This document shows positions 55,401 to 62,580 of a DNA stretch of 64,000 nucleotides, in pieces. A program made the position numbers and the translations under genes. Origin of the DNA: a virus. Under the pieces are notes generated by a model. The model searched no databases and was not told where the DNA came from. It was given only the letters and a program-made list of their open reading frames with translations. The stretch lies in IMG/VR virus record IMGVR_UViG_3300043811_000226. One strand, written 5' to 3'. How positions within the stretch are numbered: the stretch's first letter is position 1; every line of letters begins with the position of its first letter.

Positions 55401-55899
55401 TGCTCGGCTCGTACTGCATCGAGAAGACCTTGCTCGCAGGATCGAGCAAGAGGTCGAACTGGCGCACACCCTTGGCAGTCGCACTGCCGGTCACGTTGAA
55501 GTGGCTCTCGAGCTCACCGCTCGCGCGCCGGCGCGTGTAGATGCCAGGCTTGAGCTGCCACTGGTTGTCGACCTGGTACTCCTGCCCGTTGATGATGTAC
55601 GAGTAGCGTCCCGTGATCTTCGGGATGTCCACGAGGCGGATGCGTCGCTGGTCGACGACCTTACCGCTGGCGTTGTCTTTGAGCGTGAGGTGCGCGTAGA
55701 CGGGTACGGCCCACGTATCCCCGCTCACTTTCGCCGCGTGCTGGCTGCGGATGTCGTCAGGGTGCTTGTCGTCCTTCACCTCAATCTTGTCGAGGTGAAC
55801 AGTCTGCAACTTTCCCTTGAGGGGGAACTGTCCTGAGATGCCTTCCAGGACGCGTCCTTGAAGTTGCTCGGACGCTTCCTGCAGGTCGAGGTAGGCCAT
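49456..55899 (-). CDS. rpoBC-like: DNA-directed RNA polymerase, beta and beta' fused in one polypeptide (2147 aa)
   Basis: Beta motifs IPKITGRYSYIINGQEYQV, TPEGEKTG, GYNFED, GDKMAGRYGNKG, NPSGVPGRMNVGQ, GGQSMG, then without a stop beta' motifs GGLFD, PVLPPIMRP, KRDPALHK, FNADFDGD, HGARRG, C..C..C Zn site, QLTLKSFHMGG. Confidence 0.97.
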   Translation of the reverse strand: MAYLDLQEASEQLQGRVLEGISGQFPLKGKLQTVHLDKIEVKDDKHPDDIRSQHAAKVSGDTWAVPVYAHLTLKDNASGKVVDQRRIRLVDIPKITGRYSYIINGQEYQVDNQWQLKPGIYTRRRASGELESHFNVTGSATAKGVRQFDLLLDPASKVFSMQYEPSKTHMPLYHLLKTMGVEDHDLEKAWGKEVLEANKNARGASGVLDSFYRTTKKTAAPDRETAATHFYDRMSASTLRPDATEVTVGKPFTNVTGEALRLATQKLLKVHAGHPEDDRDSLVFKDLRTVGDYANDALRYANRNIQEKTSRKINTAKDIRDVIKFDLFNRPLKESFHKNSSARVPSQYNPVEMISSALQTTVMGTGGIKNERSITYNAKFVDPSHLGFLDPINTPEGEKTGVTLRMPIGIKKEGHEVKIRLHNLRTGETELVSPTKFMHASVVLPDQVTWEGGKPKPIAKTVRMSTPGNEIRDGKFEDATYVMPHAWQLFNPTSNLIPFLGNTSGGRASMASRQMEQAVSLVHRQAPLVQVGTGMKSSPTFEGMMGRQSSHASLVDGKVLDVKKDAIILEDKGGQKHEVQLYNNYPLNDAKGVMHSTTLVKAGDSVKAGQIIADTNYSKNGDLALGTNLRTAYIPFKGYNFEDGIVISESAAEKLSSEHLQKHSLPLDSDLVLSKKKFHLEHPGLFSKEQYARLDDDGVIKVGTKVKPGDPLIAAMKPYNLKDRTGLAAIRKSMSGGHTNKSLLWDSDFEGEVVGVHKGKDGLSVHVRTVEPMQVGDKMAGRYGNKGIVTMILPDQEMPHTKDGKHVEVALNPSGVPGRMNVGQLLETAAGKIAEKTHKPYIVRNFAPNVDSLAEVRAALKAHGLSDTEELFDPATKQSLGKVMVGPQHHLKLAHQVEKKLSVRSGMDLRGGAQEHYDTNLQPTGGSGTGGQSMGTLGLYALLAHGAKANIREMQTYKSEGRDPQSDPSKRWPSDHDKIWAAIQTGAPLPTPKPAFAFQKFTDMLRGMGVNMDKKGNDFVLTPMTDEHVLNLAKKELPNPADILSSKLDKSGIPKVKPGGLFDEGITGGHGGRRWSRIRLSEPVPNPIFETPIRALTGLSKNDFMAVVHGDKGVTANGHVTSVDAGVTGGAGIELLLNRVDVNKELPKATAALKGVKGAKLDQGLKKVKYLRALSQTGMKPSEAYVLHQLPVLPPIMRPVSMLPDGNVRFHDINSLYSDFAKVNDKLKDPVLSKNLTDEGKKDLRRDYYDGVKAIMGFGTYAEVPHKGLLHEITGSSPKHGFFQDVLINRRQDLTMRSTIVPEPALGLDEVGIPRHAALDLYRPFVVRELKEMGAIQNEMQGPAALAKKTPQVWRALDRVMDKRPLLLKRDPALHKYSVQAFKARPVEGSAIKIHPLVTGGFNADFDGDTMSAFVPITREALEEAHKMFPSNNLFSEASGKVMYQPTLESALGLYKLSLVGKDTGKKFDHPGSILDAVRSGSLHVNDVVHLGGKKTTAGRVLLSSALPADMQTHTLHNLDYRINKGGLDTLLTQVAKEHAPQYGEAVNKLKDLGNGAAFGVVDIPQPTSAGHKLLFKTLDKTPVAIKEKSVFVPMGAHTLSLADFTPDTQVRDHVLAPVMKQVDVIEHNSRLSQAEKDQQALVLYKKADKEMRALHEKKQDKDPTNLFTMYRAGVKPGWDNYKQMVIAPMIYKDSNDKEIATPVTRSYSEGLDLGGYWTQMHGARRGAVMKVQEVSEPGYMSKRLMNNMMHMLVDEHDCGTSKGIALDINEPDIHDRYLQQDFSHGKLHIPAGTLLTPDLVSKVKAAKPNGTLLVRSPLKCESEKGICQKCMGLSAGGQHHDLGTNVGVHSAHAVGERAMQLTLKSFHMGGVGEQHGSKLLSSFSRFKQLMELHDELPNEASLAMVSGTIDKVQPTATGVDVFVNNRRHHVGKDDSGLPLHKNLPNAEALVGYKAWKPPAVGMHVTAGDHLSDPNRTFANPHRIYEATGSMEKVQNHLSNEIYGLYKETDIKRRAVETVVKAMSNLTRVVDPGGHPDVLPGEYRPLTSVNKRNKELAAQGLTPIEHTPVLKGITALPLEMQEDWMAKLQHEKLRATLLDAAATAGVSHLHGTHPVPGVAFGAEFGLTKKDSLVPGREHLKAVPSHHY

Positions 55900-56018
55900 C
55901 GGGTGCGCCCTAAGGGAGGCACGTGCAGCGTACCGCGCAGGCGCAAACGCGTGCAAGGCTGTCGCGCCGAAGGGCATAAGAATTGTGAAGGTGCACGTTC
56001 ACTTCTCGAGGAGAAACG

Positions 56019-56150
56019 ATGGGACCAAAGACGAACGACAACTCGGGAGCGCGCTTCGAAGAGGAGATCGACACGCTGTTTGTACCGCCACAAGAAGAGG
56101 AAGACGAGCAAGGAGAAGACGAGCAGGGGGATAAGAAGCTCGGTGACTAA
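56019..56150 (+). CDS. Acidic micro-protein (43 aa; absent from the supplied ORF track)
   Basis: GAGGAG then ATG; MGPKTNDNSGARFEEEIDTLFVPPQEEEDEQGEDEQGDKKLGD. Confidence 0.55.
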   Translation: MGPKTNDNSGARFEEEIDTLFVPPQEEEDEQGEDEQGDKKLGD

Positions 56151-56252
56151 GTGAGGAAGACGTTCTTCTGGTTTGTGGTCGCGGGCATCTTCAACGGCCT
56201 GCTCCTCTGGGCACGAGAGCACCTCAAAAAGGAGGAAGAAGGGCAGCGATGA
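56151..56252 (+). CDS. Single-helix membrane micro-protein (33 aa; absent from the supplied ORF track)
   Basis: GTG directly after the previous stop; MRKTFFWFVVAGIFNGLLLWAREHLKKEEEGQR; ATGA overlap with the next gene. Confidence 0.5.
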   Translation: MRKTFFWFVVAGIFNGLLLWAREHLKKEEEGQR

Positions 56253-56833
56253 TCATCAACGTGTTCAGGGACCGGCCCTTGGTCATCCCAGGGACGCGCC
56301 TTTGTGAAGCAACCTTCGGCATCGTCGGAGCACGCATACCCGACCCGCACAACATGCAACGCATCTGGGAAGTGCAGAGCGTGTTCGCCCCTCTCGAAGG
56401 CAGGGCACTGAACGGAGTGAGGACGAAGCTCATCGACCAGAAGGGCTTCGTTGGCTTCTGTAACCAGCGCGACTTGGAAGTGCTGCTCGGTATGGCGCTG
56501 CCAGGAACCTACTGTCCATGGGCTGAAGAAGAGTACGTAGGTCCGGAGGACGAAGGATGGTTCGGTCTCTGCTGCGACGATGAAGACTTGCTCGACGACT
56601 TGTACGAGCGAGAGATGCTGCTCCGCGCACAGGTGCCCGGCGGCGTCATCACCACCGATTACGACATCGAACGTCGTGTGCACCTCGACAAGAACGACGA
56701 CCATGAAGAACTGTTCGTTCTGCTAGGTGACTACGACATGGAGACAGGGATGTTCCCCGACCAGCGCTTCGAAACGCTCGAGCGAAGATGGATTCGCTCG
56801 GAGAGAAGAAGGGTGCGATGGAACCGAATCTAG
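56249..56833 (+). CDS. Hypothetical acidic protein (194 aa)
   Basis: AAGGAGG upstream; protein-like. Confidence 0.75.
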   Translation: MIINVFRDRPLVIPGTRLCEATFGIVGARIPDPHNMQRIWEVQSVFAPLEGRALNGVRTKLIDQKGFVGFCNQRDLEVLLGMALPGTYCPWAEEEYVGPEDEGWFGLCCDDEDLLDDLYEREMLLRAQVPGGVITTDYDIERRVHLDKNDDHEELFVLLGDYDMETGMFPDQRFETLERRWIRSERRRVRWNRI

Positions 56834-57414
56834 TGGCTGAGCTGACTATGCAGCCCTCCGGCCAGGTCTGTGCGGACTGCGGCGAAAACATCCGCTACAC
56901 AGAAGAAGCGTGGCTGGTGCAGGTCGTTCAGCTGCAGAAGGTCGGCGACCAGCTTCAGTACACGCCAGTCATCGATGAAACAGACCCAGCGCGCGACTTC
57001 CTGTTCTCACCGTACTTCTTCTGCTTCAACTGCTGGGAGAACAGCTACGAAGATCTAAAGGACGAGCTGGAAGACCAGCCGCCCAACGAAGACCCCCACA
57101 GCATCGCTGAGTGCACCTGCTGCGGTAGCAGCATTCGGGCTGGTGAGTACACAGGGCTCTTCATGGTCGGAGAGTTCCACTTGTCGCGTAGGTCGCCGAA
57201 CGGCGTGTCGGGAGGGACCTTCCAACCAAACGCTGCGCCTGAGGCGCTCTGCTTCTACTGCCTCTACATCCTCAACGACAACTTCATCGAGATGTGGGAC
57301 GAAGTCTCGCAATTCGGTGAGTGCGCAGACTGCATCTTCGTTCGCTGCTGGAGAGGTGCTTCCTGCTCCTGCGGCTGCCATACACCTGCACTCGAGACCA
57401 CGGAGACAACCTGA
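56818..57414 (+). CDS. Multi-Zn-finger Cys-rich protein (198 aa)
   Basis: CADC, CFNC, CTCC, CFYC, CADC..C..C..C.C. Confidence 0.75.
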   Translation: MEPNLVAELTMQPSGQVCADCGENIRYTEEAWLVQVVQLQKVGDQLQYTPVIDETDPARDFLFSPYFFCFNCWENSYEDLKDELEDQPPNEDPHSIAECTCCGSSIRAGEYTGLFMVGEFHLSRRSPNGVSGGTFQPNAAPEALCFYCLYILNDNFIEMWDEVSQFGECADCIFVRCWRGASCSCGCHTPALETTETT

Positions 57415-58598
57415 TGGCGACCAACCCTGAGAACCTGCTGACCATTGCTTTGCTCACGCCGCAAGACGACCCGCGCGACCCTGTCTGCCGATGGGGAGGT
57501 CCAGTCCTTCTCTGGGGGCCGCCGGGCATCGGCAAGTCAGGCATCATCGAGCAGACCGGCGAAGGCCTCGACCTGTCTGTCGAGACGCTTTACCTCTCAA
57601 CCCTGCAACCGGAGGACATCTCAGGCATTCCGATGCCAGACGCTAAGTTCGGTGCGAGGCGCGTGTGCGACCTGCCGCAGATCCAAGGTCTCTACGAAGC
57701 AGGTCGAGGCATTCTCTTTCTCGACGAGCTCACTACAGCGCGTCCCGCAGTCCAGGGAGCAGGTCTCGGCATCGTCTACAACCGCAAGATCGCCGGCAAG
57801 CACCTACCTCCTGGTGTCAGGGTCGTCGGTGCTGCCAACAAGGCCGAAGACGCCGCCGGCGGCTGGAACTTGGCTGCCCCCATGGCCAACCGCCTGCTTC
57901 ACTTCGACCTAACCGCACCGTCTCCCGAGAAGTGGGCCTCCTGGTTGCTCACAGGTCCCAACGAGATGCCCATCTCCATCACCGCAGGCGAGGAGATGGT
58001 ACGAGAACAATGGGGCAGCATCTGGCCCAAGTACCAGGGTCTCGGTGCAGGCTTCGTCAAGAGCAACGGTGCCAAACTCTACGCCATGCCGGCAGCGGGT
58101 CACAAGGACCGAGGGCGTGCATGGGCGTCTCCGCGCAGCTGGGTTAGTGCACTTCGTTGCATGGCCACTGCTGAAGCGCTCGACATGAAGGAGTACGCGC
58201 TCGACATGCTCACCGGCGCAGTGGGTGACGGTCCTGGAGCGGAGTGGGCAGAGTGGGTCGCGAAAGCGAACCTGCCAGACCCGAAGGACATCCTCGAGAA
58301 CGGCTGGCACCCGGATCGATCTCGGCTCGATGTCGCGTTCGCTGCCTACTCGTCGGCCATCGGATGGGCCTTGTGCAAGGTCGACAAGGCCGAACAGGAG
58401 AAGTACGCCGTCATGGCCTGGGACCTCATCGCGATGGCCATCAAGGACCGCGTGGCCGACATCGTGCTGCCCTGCGGCGCGTCGCTGATGCGCGCCGGGT
58501 ACACCACCAAGAAAGGCGGTGCCATCGCCAAGGCTGCCATGGGTCCCACAGTGCACTTTGGCGAGACGAACCTCGCCAACTACGTGAGTAAGAGATGA
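57414..58598 (+). CDS. MoxR-like AAA+ ATPase (394 aa)
   Basis: WGPPGIGKS Walker A, ILFLDEL Walker B, VVGAAN, PMANRLLH, SPRSW. Confidence 0.9.
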   Translation: MATNPENLLTIALLTPQDDPRDPVCRWGGPVLLWGPPGIGKSGIIEQTGEGLDLSVETLYLSTLQPEDISGIPMPDAKFGARRVCDLPQIQGLYEAGRGILFLDELTTARPAVQGAGLGIVYNRKIAGKHLPPGVRVVGAANKAEDAAGGWNLAAPMANRLLHFDLTAPSPEKWASWLLTGPNEMPISITAGEEMVREQWGSIWPKYQGLGAGFVKSNGAKLYAMPAAGHKDRGRAWASPRSWVSALRCMATAEALDMKEYALDMLTGAVGDGPGAEWAEWVAKANLPDPKDILENGWHPDRSRLDVAFAAYSSAIGWALCKVDKAEQEKYAVMAWDLIAMAIKDRVADIVLPCGASLMRAGYTTKKGGAIAKAAMGPTVHFGETNLANYVSKR

Positions 58599-59977
58599 CG
58601 ACGCACGAAGAGAAGATCGAACTGGCGAGGGCGTGCGCAGTCTTCGGTGCGCCCTACTTCGCAAGCGTCATCTACGGGTTCATCTACACACCCGTGGAAG
58701 GCGCGCGAACCATGTTCTGCACACCGAGAATGATCCTCGGCTACGACCCAGAATGGGCCATGGAGGGTACGGTTGAAGAGCTGGCCGCGGACATCGTGCA
58801 CGAAGTCCACCACTTCCGACGAGAGCACTTCGTACGCGGCGCGCTCGTAGAAGACAAGAAGCTCTTCAACCTCGCCGGCGACCTCGCCATCAACCCGGAC
58901 CTGAAAGCGGGGGGGTGGAAGCTCGCTACTACAAAACGACCCGCTGTCTTTCCGGAACACTACGGTTTGCCTCCAGGGCTGACAACCGAGCAGTACTACG
59001 AGCTGCTCTTGCAGCAGAAGCACAAGACGGGTCAGCGTCCGAAGCCGAAGAACGCGCAACCAAAGGACGGCAAAGGTCCACCGCAGCCGAACGCGGGAGG
59101 AGGCGAGGAACAAGACGAGTCCGAAGAAGCGCAGGAGGGCATCTGTCAGGGCAGCTGCGGAGGCATTGCAGGCAACCCCAGTAGTTCTGGACTCGAGGCG
59201 AAGCTCGATGCACAGAAGAACGTCGGCCGAAGCGAAGCCGAGATCAAGGGCATCGAAAAGAAGCTGGCGAATGACATCAAGGAGTTCGCGGCCAAGAACG
59301 GCCGCGGCTCCGTTCCCAGCTCCCTTCTCGACTGGGCCACCACCTTCGAGACGGAGTCTTACGTCCGCTGGCAAGACGAGCTTGCGCAGGTCCTTCGCGA
59401 CAACACGGGGCGCATCCAGTCCGGCGGCGATGACTTCTCGCTGCAGAGGCCTGCGAAGCGGTCCATCATGCGAGGTATGCCGCGGCCAGGTCTTGTAGAA
59501 CACCTGCCGGAGGTGGCCATCCTTCGCGACAGCTCCGGGTCGATGGGCTCCAAACAGCTAACGGATGCCTGCCGTGAGGCGTACTACGTCATGGAAGCAC
59601 TCGGCATCGACGAGGTCTGGTTCGCCGATGCTGACACGGCCATCTCCGTTCCTTGGAAGCGTGTAGGCGCGCAGTTCTTCAAGGAGCTGACGGAAGTGTA
59701 TGGGCGCGGCGGCACCGACTTCCGCCAACCCATAGAGAGCGCGCTCGCACTCAACCCACACCCGGACATCATCGTGTACACCACTGATGGAGATGGTTCG
59801 GTCGCGCGCATGCCGCCCCCTGACGCCGCTGTCATCTGGTGCATCGTACCAAGCCACTACAACAAGGCACCCGCACGCTGGGGCCACACAGTTATCATCA
59901 GCGACGACCCGAAGAAGAGGAACGCGCCCATCCAGTACGCCGGCGAAATAGAGGAGACAGAGGAGGATGACGACTAG
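58595..59977 (+). CDS. vWA-domain partner protein with N-terminal metallopeptidase-like HExxH domain (460 aa)
   Basis: IVHEVHH, FNLAGDLAIN, LRDSSGSM (MIDAS), RGGTDFR, VYTTDGDG; ATGA-coupled to the AAA+ gene. Confidence 0.85.
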   Translation: MTTHEEKIELARACAVFGAPYFASVIYGFIYTPVEGARTMFCTPRMILGYDPEWAMEGTVEELAADIVHEVHHFRREHFVRGALVEDKKLFNLAGDLAINPDLKAGGWKLATTKRPAVFPEHYGLPPGLTTEQYYELLLQQKHKTGQRPKPKNAQPKDGKGPPQPNAGGGEEQDESEEAQEGICQGSCGGIAGNPSSSGLEAKLDAQKNVGRSEAEIKGIEKKLANDIKEFAAKNGRGSVPSSLLDWATTFETESYVRWQDELAQVLRDNTGRIQSGGDDFSLQRPAKRSIMRGMPRPGLVEHLPEVAILRDSSGSMGSKQLTDACREAYYVMEALGIDEVWFADADTAISVPWKRVGAQFFKELTEVYGRGGTDFRQPIESALALNPHPDIIVYTTDGDGSVARMPPPDAAVIWCIVPSHYNKAPARWGHTVIISDDPKKRNAPIQYAGEIEETEEDDD

Positions 59978-60203
59978 CGGAGACGGCCCCGCTCAACCGA
60001 AATTCACCGAGGGTCAACTGCTCGTGGTCGGGCGACTGCTTGTAGGGGGACAGAAAGAGAAGGTACTCGAGTACCTCTACAAGCACTACGGCATCCTGAT
60101 CACGTGCGAGATTCACGACAGCGCTACAATCGAGGTTCCGACGTCAGTCACGGCCACGGACGCAAGCGTCATCGTGACGGAGCTGCAGGCTCTGTTCGGA
60201 TAG
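59967..60203 (+). CDS. Hypothetical protein (78 aa)
   Basis: GAGG upstream; ends at the terminator. Confidence 0.6.
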   Translation: MTTSGDGPAQPKFTEGQLLVVGRLLVGGQKEKVLEYLYKHYGILITCEIHDSATIEVPTSVTATDASVIVTELQALFG

Positions 60204-60243
60204 AAAGAAGTAGCCGGCCCGAAAGGGCTGGCCTTCTTTCTAG
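60201..60243. terminator. Bidirectional intrinsic terminator between convergent operons
   Basis: AGAAAGAAG-tag-CCGGCCC GAAA GGGCTGG-c-CTTCTTTCT: stem with GAAA tetraloop and pyrimidine tails on both strands. Confidence 0.8.
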
Positions 60244-60253
60244 CTTCTGCTTG

Positions 60254-60475
60254 CTAAGCGACCTGCTGCTTTCGCACCTCGCCATGCGCCAGGCAGCTCG
60301 CAGCAACTGTGCGAGCGCGCGCAGCCAAAGCAGGCTCGCCACACCTGCGTGCCTGTCGCAGTTGAACAACAGCCAGGGCACCAATAGTCGTGCGATCAGC
60401 AGCGCATACAGCAGTGGCTTCTGCGTGCTCGAGGCTGCTTATGCTCTGACGTAACACTTCTCGAAGGTTGGGCAT
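60254..60475 (-). CDS. Possible small protein downstream of the portal (73 aa)
   Basis: Fills the gap between the portal and the terminator; weak support. Confidence 0.35.
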   Translation of the reverse strand: MPNLREVLRQSISSLEHAEATAVCAADRTTIGALAVVQLRQARRCGEPALAARARTVAASCLAHGEVRKQQVA

Positions 60476-60513
60476 GAAGCTGCCCAAGAGCACGAGACGT
60501 GCCCATGCAAGAA

Positions 60514-62580
60514 TCAACCACCAGCGCGGCGCGCGGGCAGCTGTTCTGGCTGAGGGCGCATATCGACGGCGTTGGCGGTGCTCTTGCCACCAGCCTGCGT
60601 TGCAGGAGCTGCGCCCATCGCGGTCAGCATCTGCTCGACGAGGTCGGCAAGGTCGGGACTCTGAAGGCGCAGGTTCTGCAGGGCGATGGTCTTCTGCTTG
60701 TCCGGCATCTGCGCAATCATGTGCGCCTGCGCCTGGGCGAACGACGGGAGGTCGACGTTCAGGCCACTCGAGGGCGTCATCTTCTGGTTGCCCTTCAGCT
60801 GACTCGCGACGTTCGACAGGAAGTCCTGCGGGCCGTTGCTGTTCGCAGGTTGCCCTGCTGGAAGTTGCGGTGCGGGCTGCGCGGTTTCTAGCTGTTGCTG
60901 CTCATCAGGTACCACACCTGCGGCTGCCATCTCACCGCCAGGTACTCCTCCGCCTGCTGCGTCGGGTCCACCGGGTTCGCCTGGCGCGTTCGGCGCACCC
61001 TGCGCTGCCATCATCGCTTCCTGGGCCTTGGCCTGGAACTTCATCATGACGAGCTGCGCTTCGCCCTGGATCTCGGCTATCGCGAGCTGCTGCTTCTTGG
61101 TCGCCTCGAGACGCGCATCGGTCTCGCGGATCATGATCTGGTTCTCCTCATCCTGCGAGAGGTCGCTATCGGCGAGGAGCGTCGTGTCCGAGACCTTGTT
61201 CGACTGGTTCAACTGGAAGAGGTAGGCCTTACGCTGCAGGTCGTCGGCCATCTTGAACGGCTTGAAGCGGATCTGCGCCTCAGGCCACCCGAGATATGCA
61301 GCCACCTGCTTCATCACGAACTTGGCCAGCGCCTTGTGTCTCAGGATGTACCCGAGGAACATGTTCTCCATCATGCGCATGGAGACGTTGGTGCCCGCGT
61401 AGCTCATGCCGCCAAGCAGAAACTCGCGTGGCACGCCCATGCCTGTCATGATCTGCTCGGACCATGCCTGAATTTCGGCCGTGAGGAGAAGCGCGCGCCC
61501 ATCCCCACCAATGGTCTGGTTGCCCATCGGAAGCGGCAGAATGGGGATATAGTTGTTGTCGTAGCGCCAGCGCGCAATCTCGGCGGCGATCTGATCACGC
61601 CAGTCGACGAGGTTGATGGTCGTGTACGGATCCGAGCTCCCGCTGCCTGCCTGCGGGAAGAGCACCCGAAGGGGCACGATGTGCTCTAGCAGGATGGCCT
61701 CCTGCGCCTTCTTCATCACTTGCAGGTAGAACGTGTCCTTGAGCACTGGCAAAAGGAGCGGCGTTCCCCATCCGCGGTCCTGCGTCGCCAGCGTCGGCCG
61801 GCGCATGTGGAAGAAGTTGTCCTTCGAGAAGATGACGCCCTTCTGCTCCTGCATGGCCTGGATGAAGACCTGCGGTACGCCCTCGACCACGTCCTTGCGC
61901 CCGATGACGATGTCATTCCGTACGGTCGAGGGGATGGTGTAGAAGTACGTGTACTCTCCCGAGATGTCGTTGTACGTGATCTCGATGTCCTCCGGGTTCC
62001 ACCGGATGGTTTTGATGCCGCTCGCGTTCTTGTAGTAGAAGTCCTTCGCGAGCGCGTCGCCGACGTACCGGCACTTCGGGCACGTCATGCGGAACTGGAA
62101 GCTCGTGAAGATCCAGTTGGCTCGGATCTTCGCGGCTTCGTCGCGGAAGTCGCAGTTCTTGCAGTAGAGGTACTTCTTGAACGGGAAGCCGAGGCTCACA
62201 CACCCGTTGCCGTACGCGTGGTAGTCGAGACCGCACTCTATCTGAAACGCCCGGTAGCGAAGGTGGTCCTGGAAGTACTCCGTCCACCGTTTCTTCACCT
62301 CAGGGCTCTCGTGGTCGATGATGATGTCGGTGACGGGATACTCCGAGAGCTTGAAGACCGTCGCGTTGATGAGCGGGTTGGTGAGAAAGTAGTACCGGCA
62401 CCACTTGAACAGTTGCTTGACCGTGACGGGCAGGTACGTGTGTGCAACGTCGAAGAAAGGGCTCGGGTAGTTGACCCCTTGCACCGGTGAGCCCTGAATG
62501 CGTCCTCGCGTTGCGGCGAACCGCAGACCGCTCGCCGGCCCGGTCGCAACACCCATTCCGCCGCCGCCGATGAAACTCAT
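60514..62580 (-). CDS. Portal protein (688 aa) with Zn-ribbon insertion and Gln/Pro/Ala-rich tail
   Basis: NPLINATVFKLSEYP, GLDYHAYGN.CVSL, FFHMRR..DRGWGTPLLLPVLKD, Q.IGGDG, IMTGMGVP.EFL.GG.SYA pattern of phage portals. Confidence 0.85.
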   Translation of the reverse strand: MSFIGGGGMGVATGPASGLRFAATRGRIQGSPVQGVNYPSPFFDVAHTYLPVTVKQLFKWCRYYFLTNPLINATVFKLSEYPVTDIIIDHESPEVKKRWTEYFQDHLRYRAFQIECGLDYHAYGNGCVSLGFPFKKYLYCKNCDFRDEAAKIRANWIFTSFQFRMTCPKCRYVGDALAKDFYYKNASGIKTIRWNPEDIEITYNDISGEYTYFYTIPSTVRNDIVIGRKDVVEGVPQVFIQAMQEQKGVIFSKDNFFHMRRPTLATQDRGWGTPLLLPVLKDTFYLQVMKKAQEAILLEHIVPLRVLFPQAGSGSSDPYTTINLVDWRDQIAAEIARWRYDNNYIPILPLPMGNQTIGGDGRALLLTAEIQAWSEQIMTGMGVPREFLLGGMSYAGTNVSMRMMENMFLGYILRHKALAKFVMKQVAAYLGWPEAQIRFKPFKMADDLQRKAYLFQLNQSNKVSDTTLLADSDLSQDEENQIMIRETDARLEATKKQQLAIAEIQGEAQLVMMKFQAKAQEAMMAAQGAPNAPGEPGGPDAAGGGVPGGEMAAAGVVPDEQQQLETAQPAPQLPAGQPANSNGPQDFLSNVASQLKGNQKMTPSSGLNVDLPSFAQAQAHMIAQMPDKQKTIALQNLRLQSPDLADLVEQMLTAMGAAPATQAGGKSTANAVDMRPQPEQLPARRAGG

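Noticed and set aside
49456-55899. Host chromosomal rpoBC (window as bacterial DNA)
   Set aside because: No rplKAJL, rpsL or tuf neighbours; flanked by spike and phage genes; too short and diverged, with the zinc-binding domain missing
49456-55977. Longer RNAP start (MPFGATALH..., 55977) given by the ORF track
   Set aside because: The extra 26 residues look non-homologous and would consume the divergent promoter region; beta-like sequence begins after MAYLDL at 55899
56121-56140. Second GGATAAGAA as a repeated promoter motif
   Set aside because: Lies inside the 43-aa micro-ORF and encodes G-D-K-K
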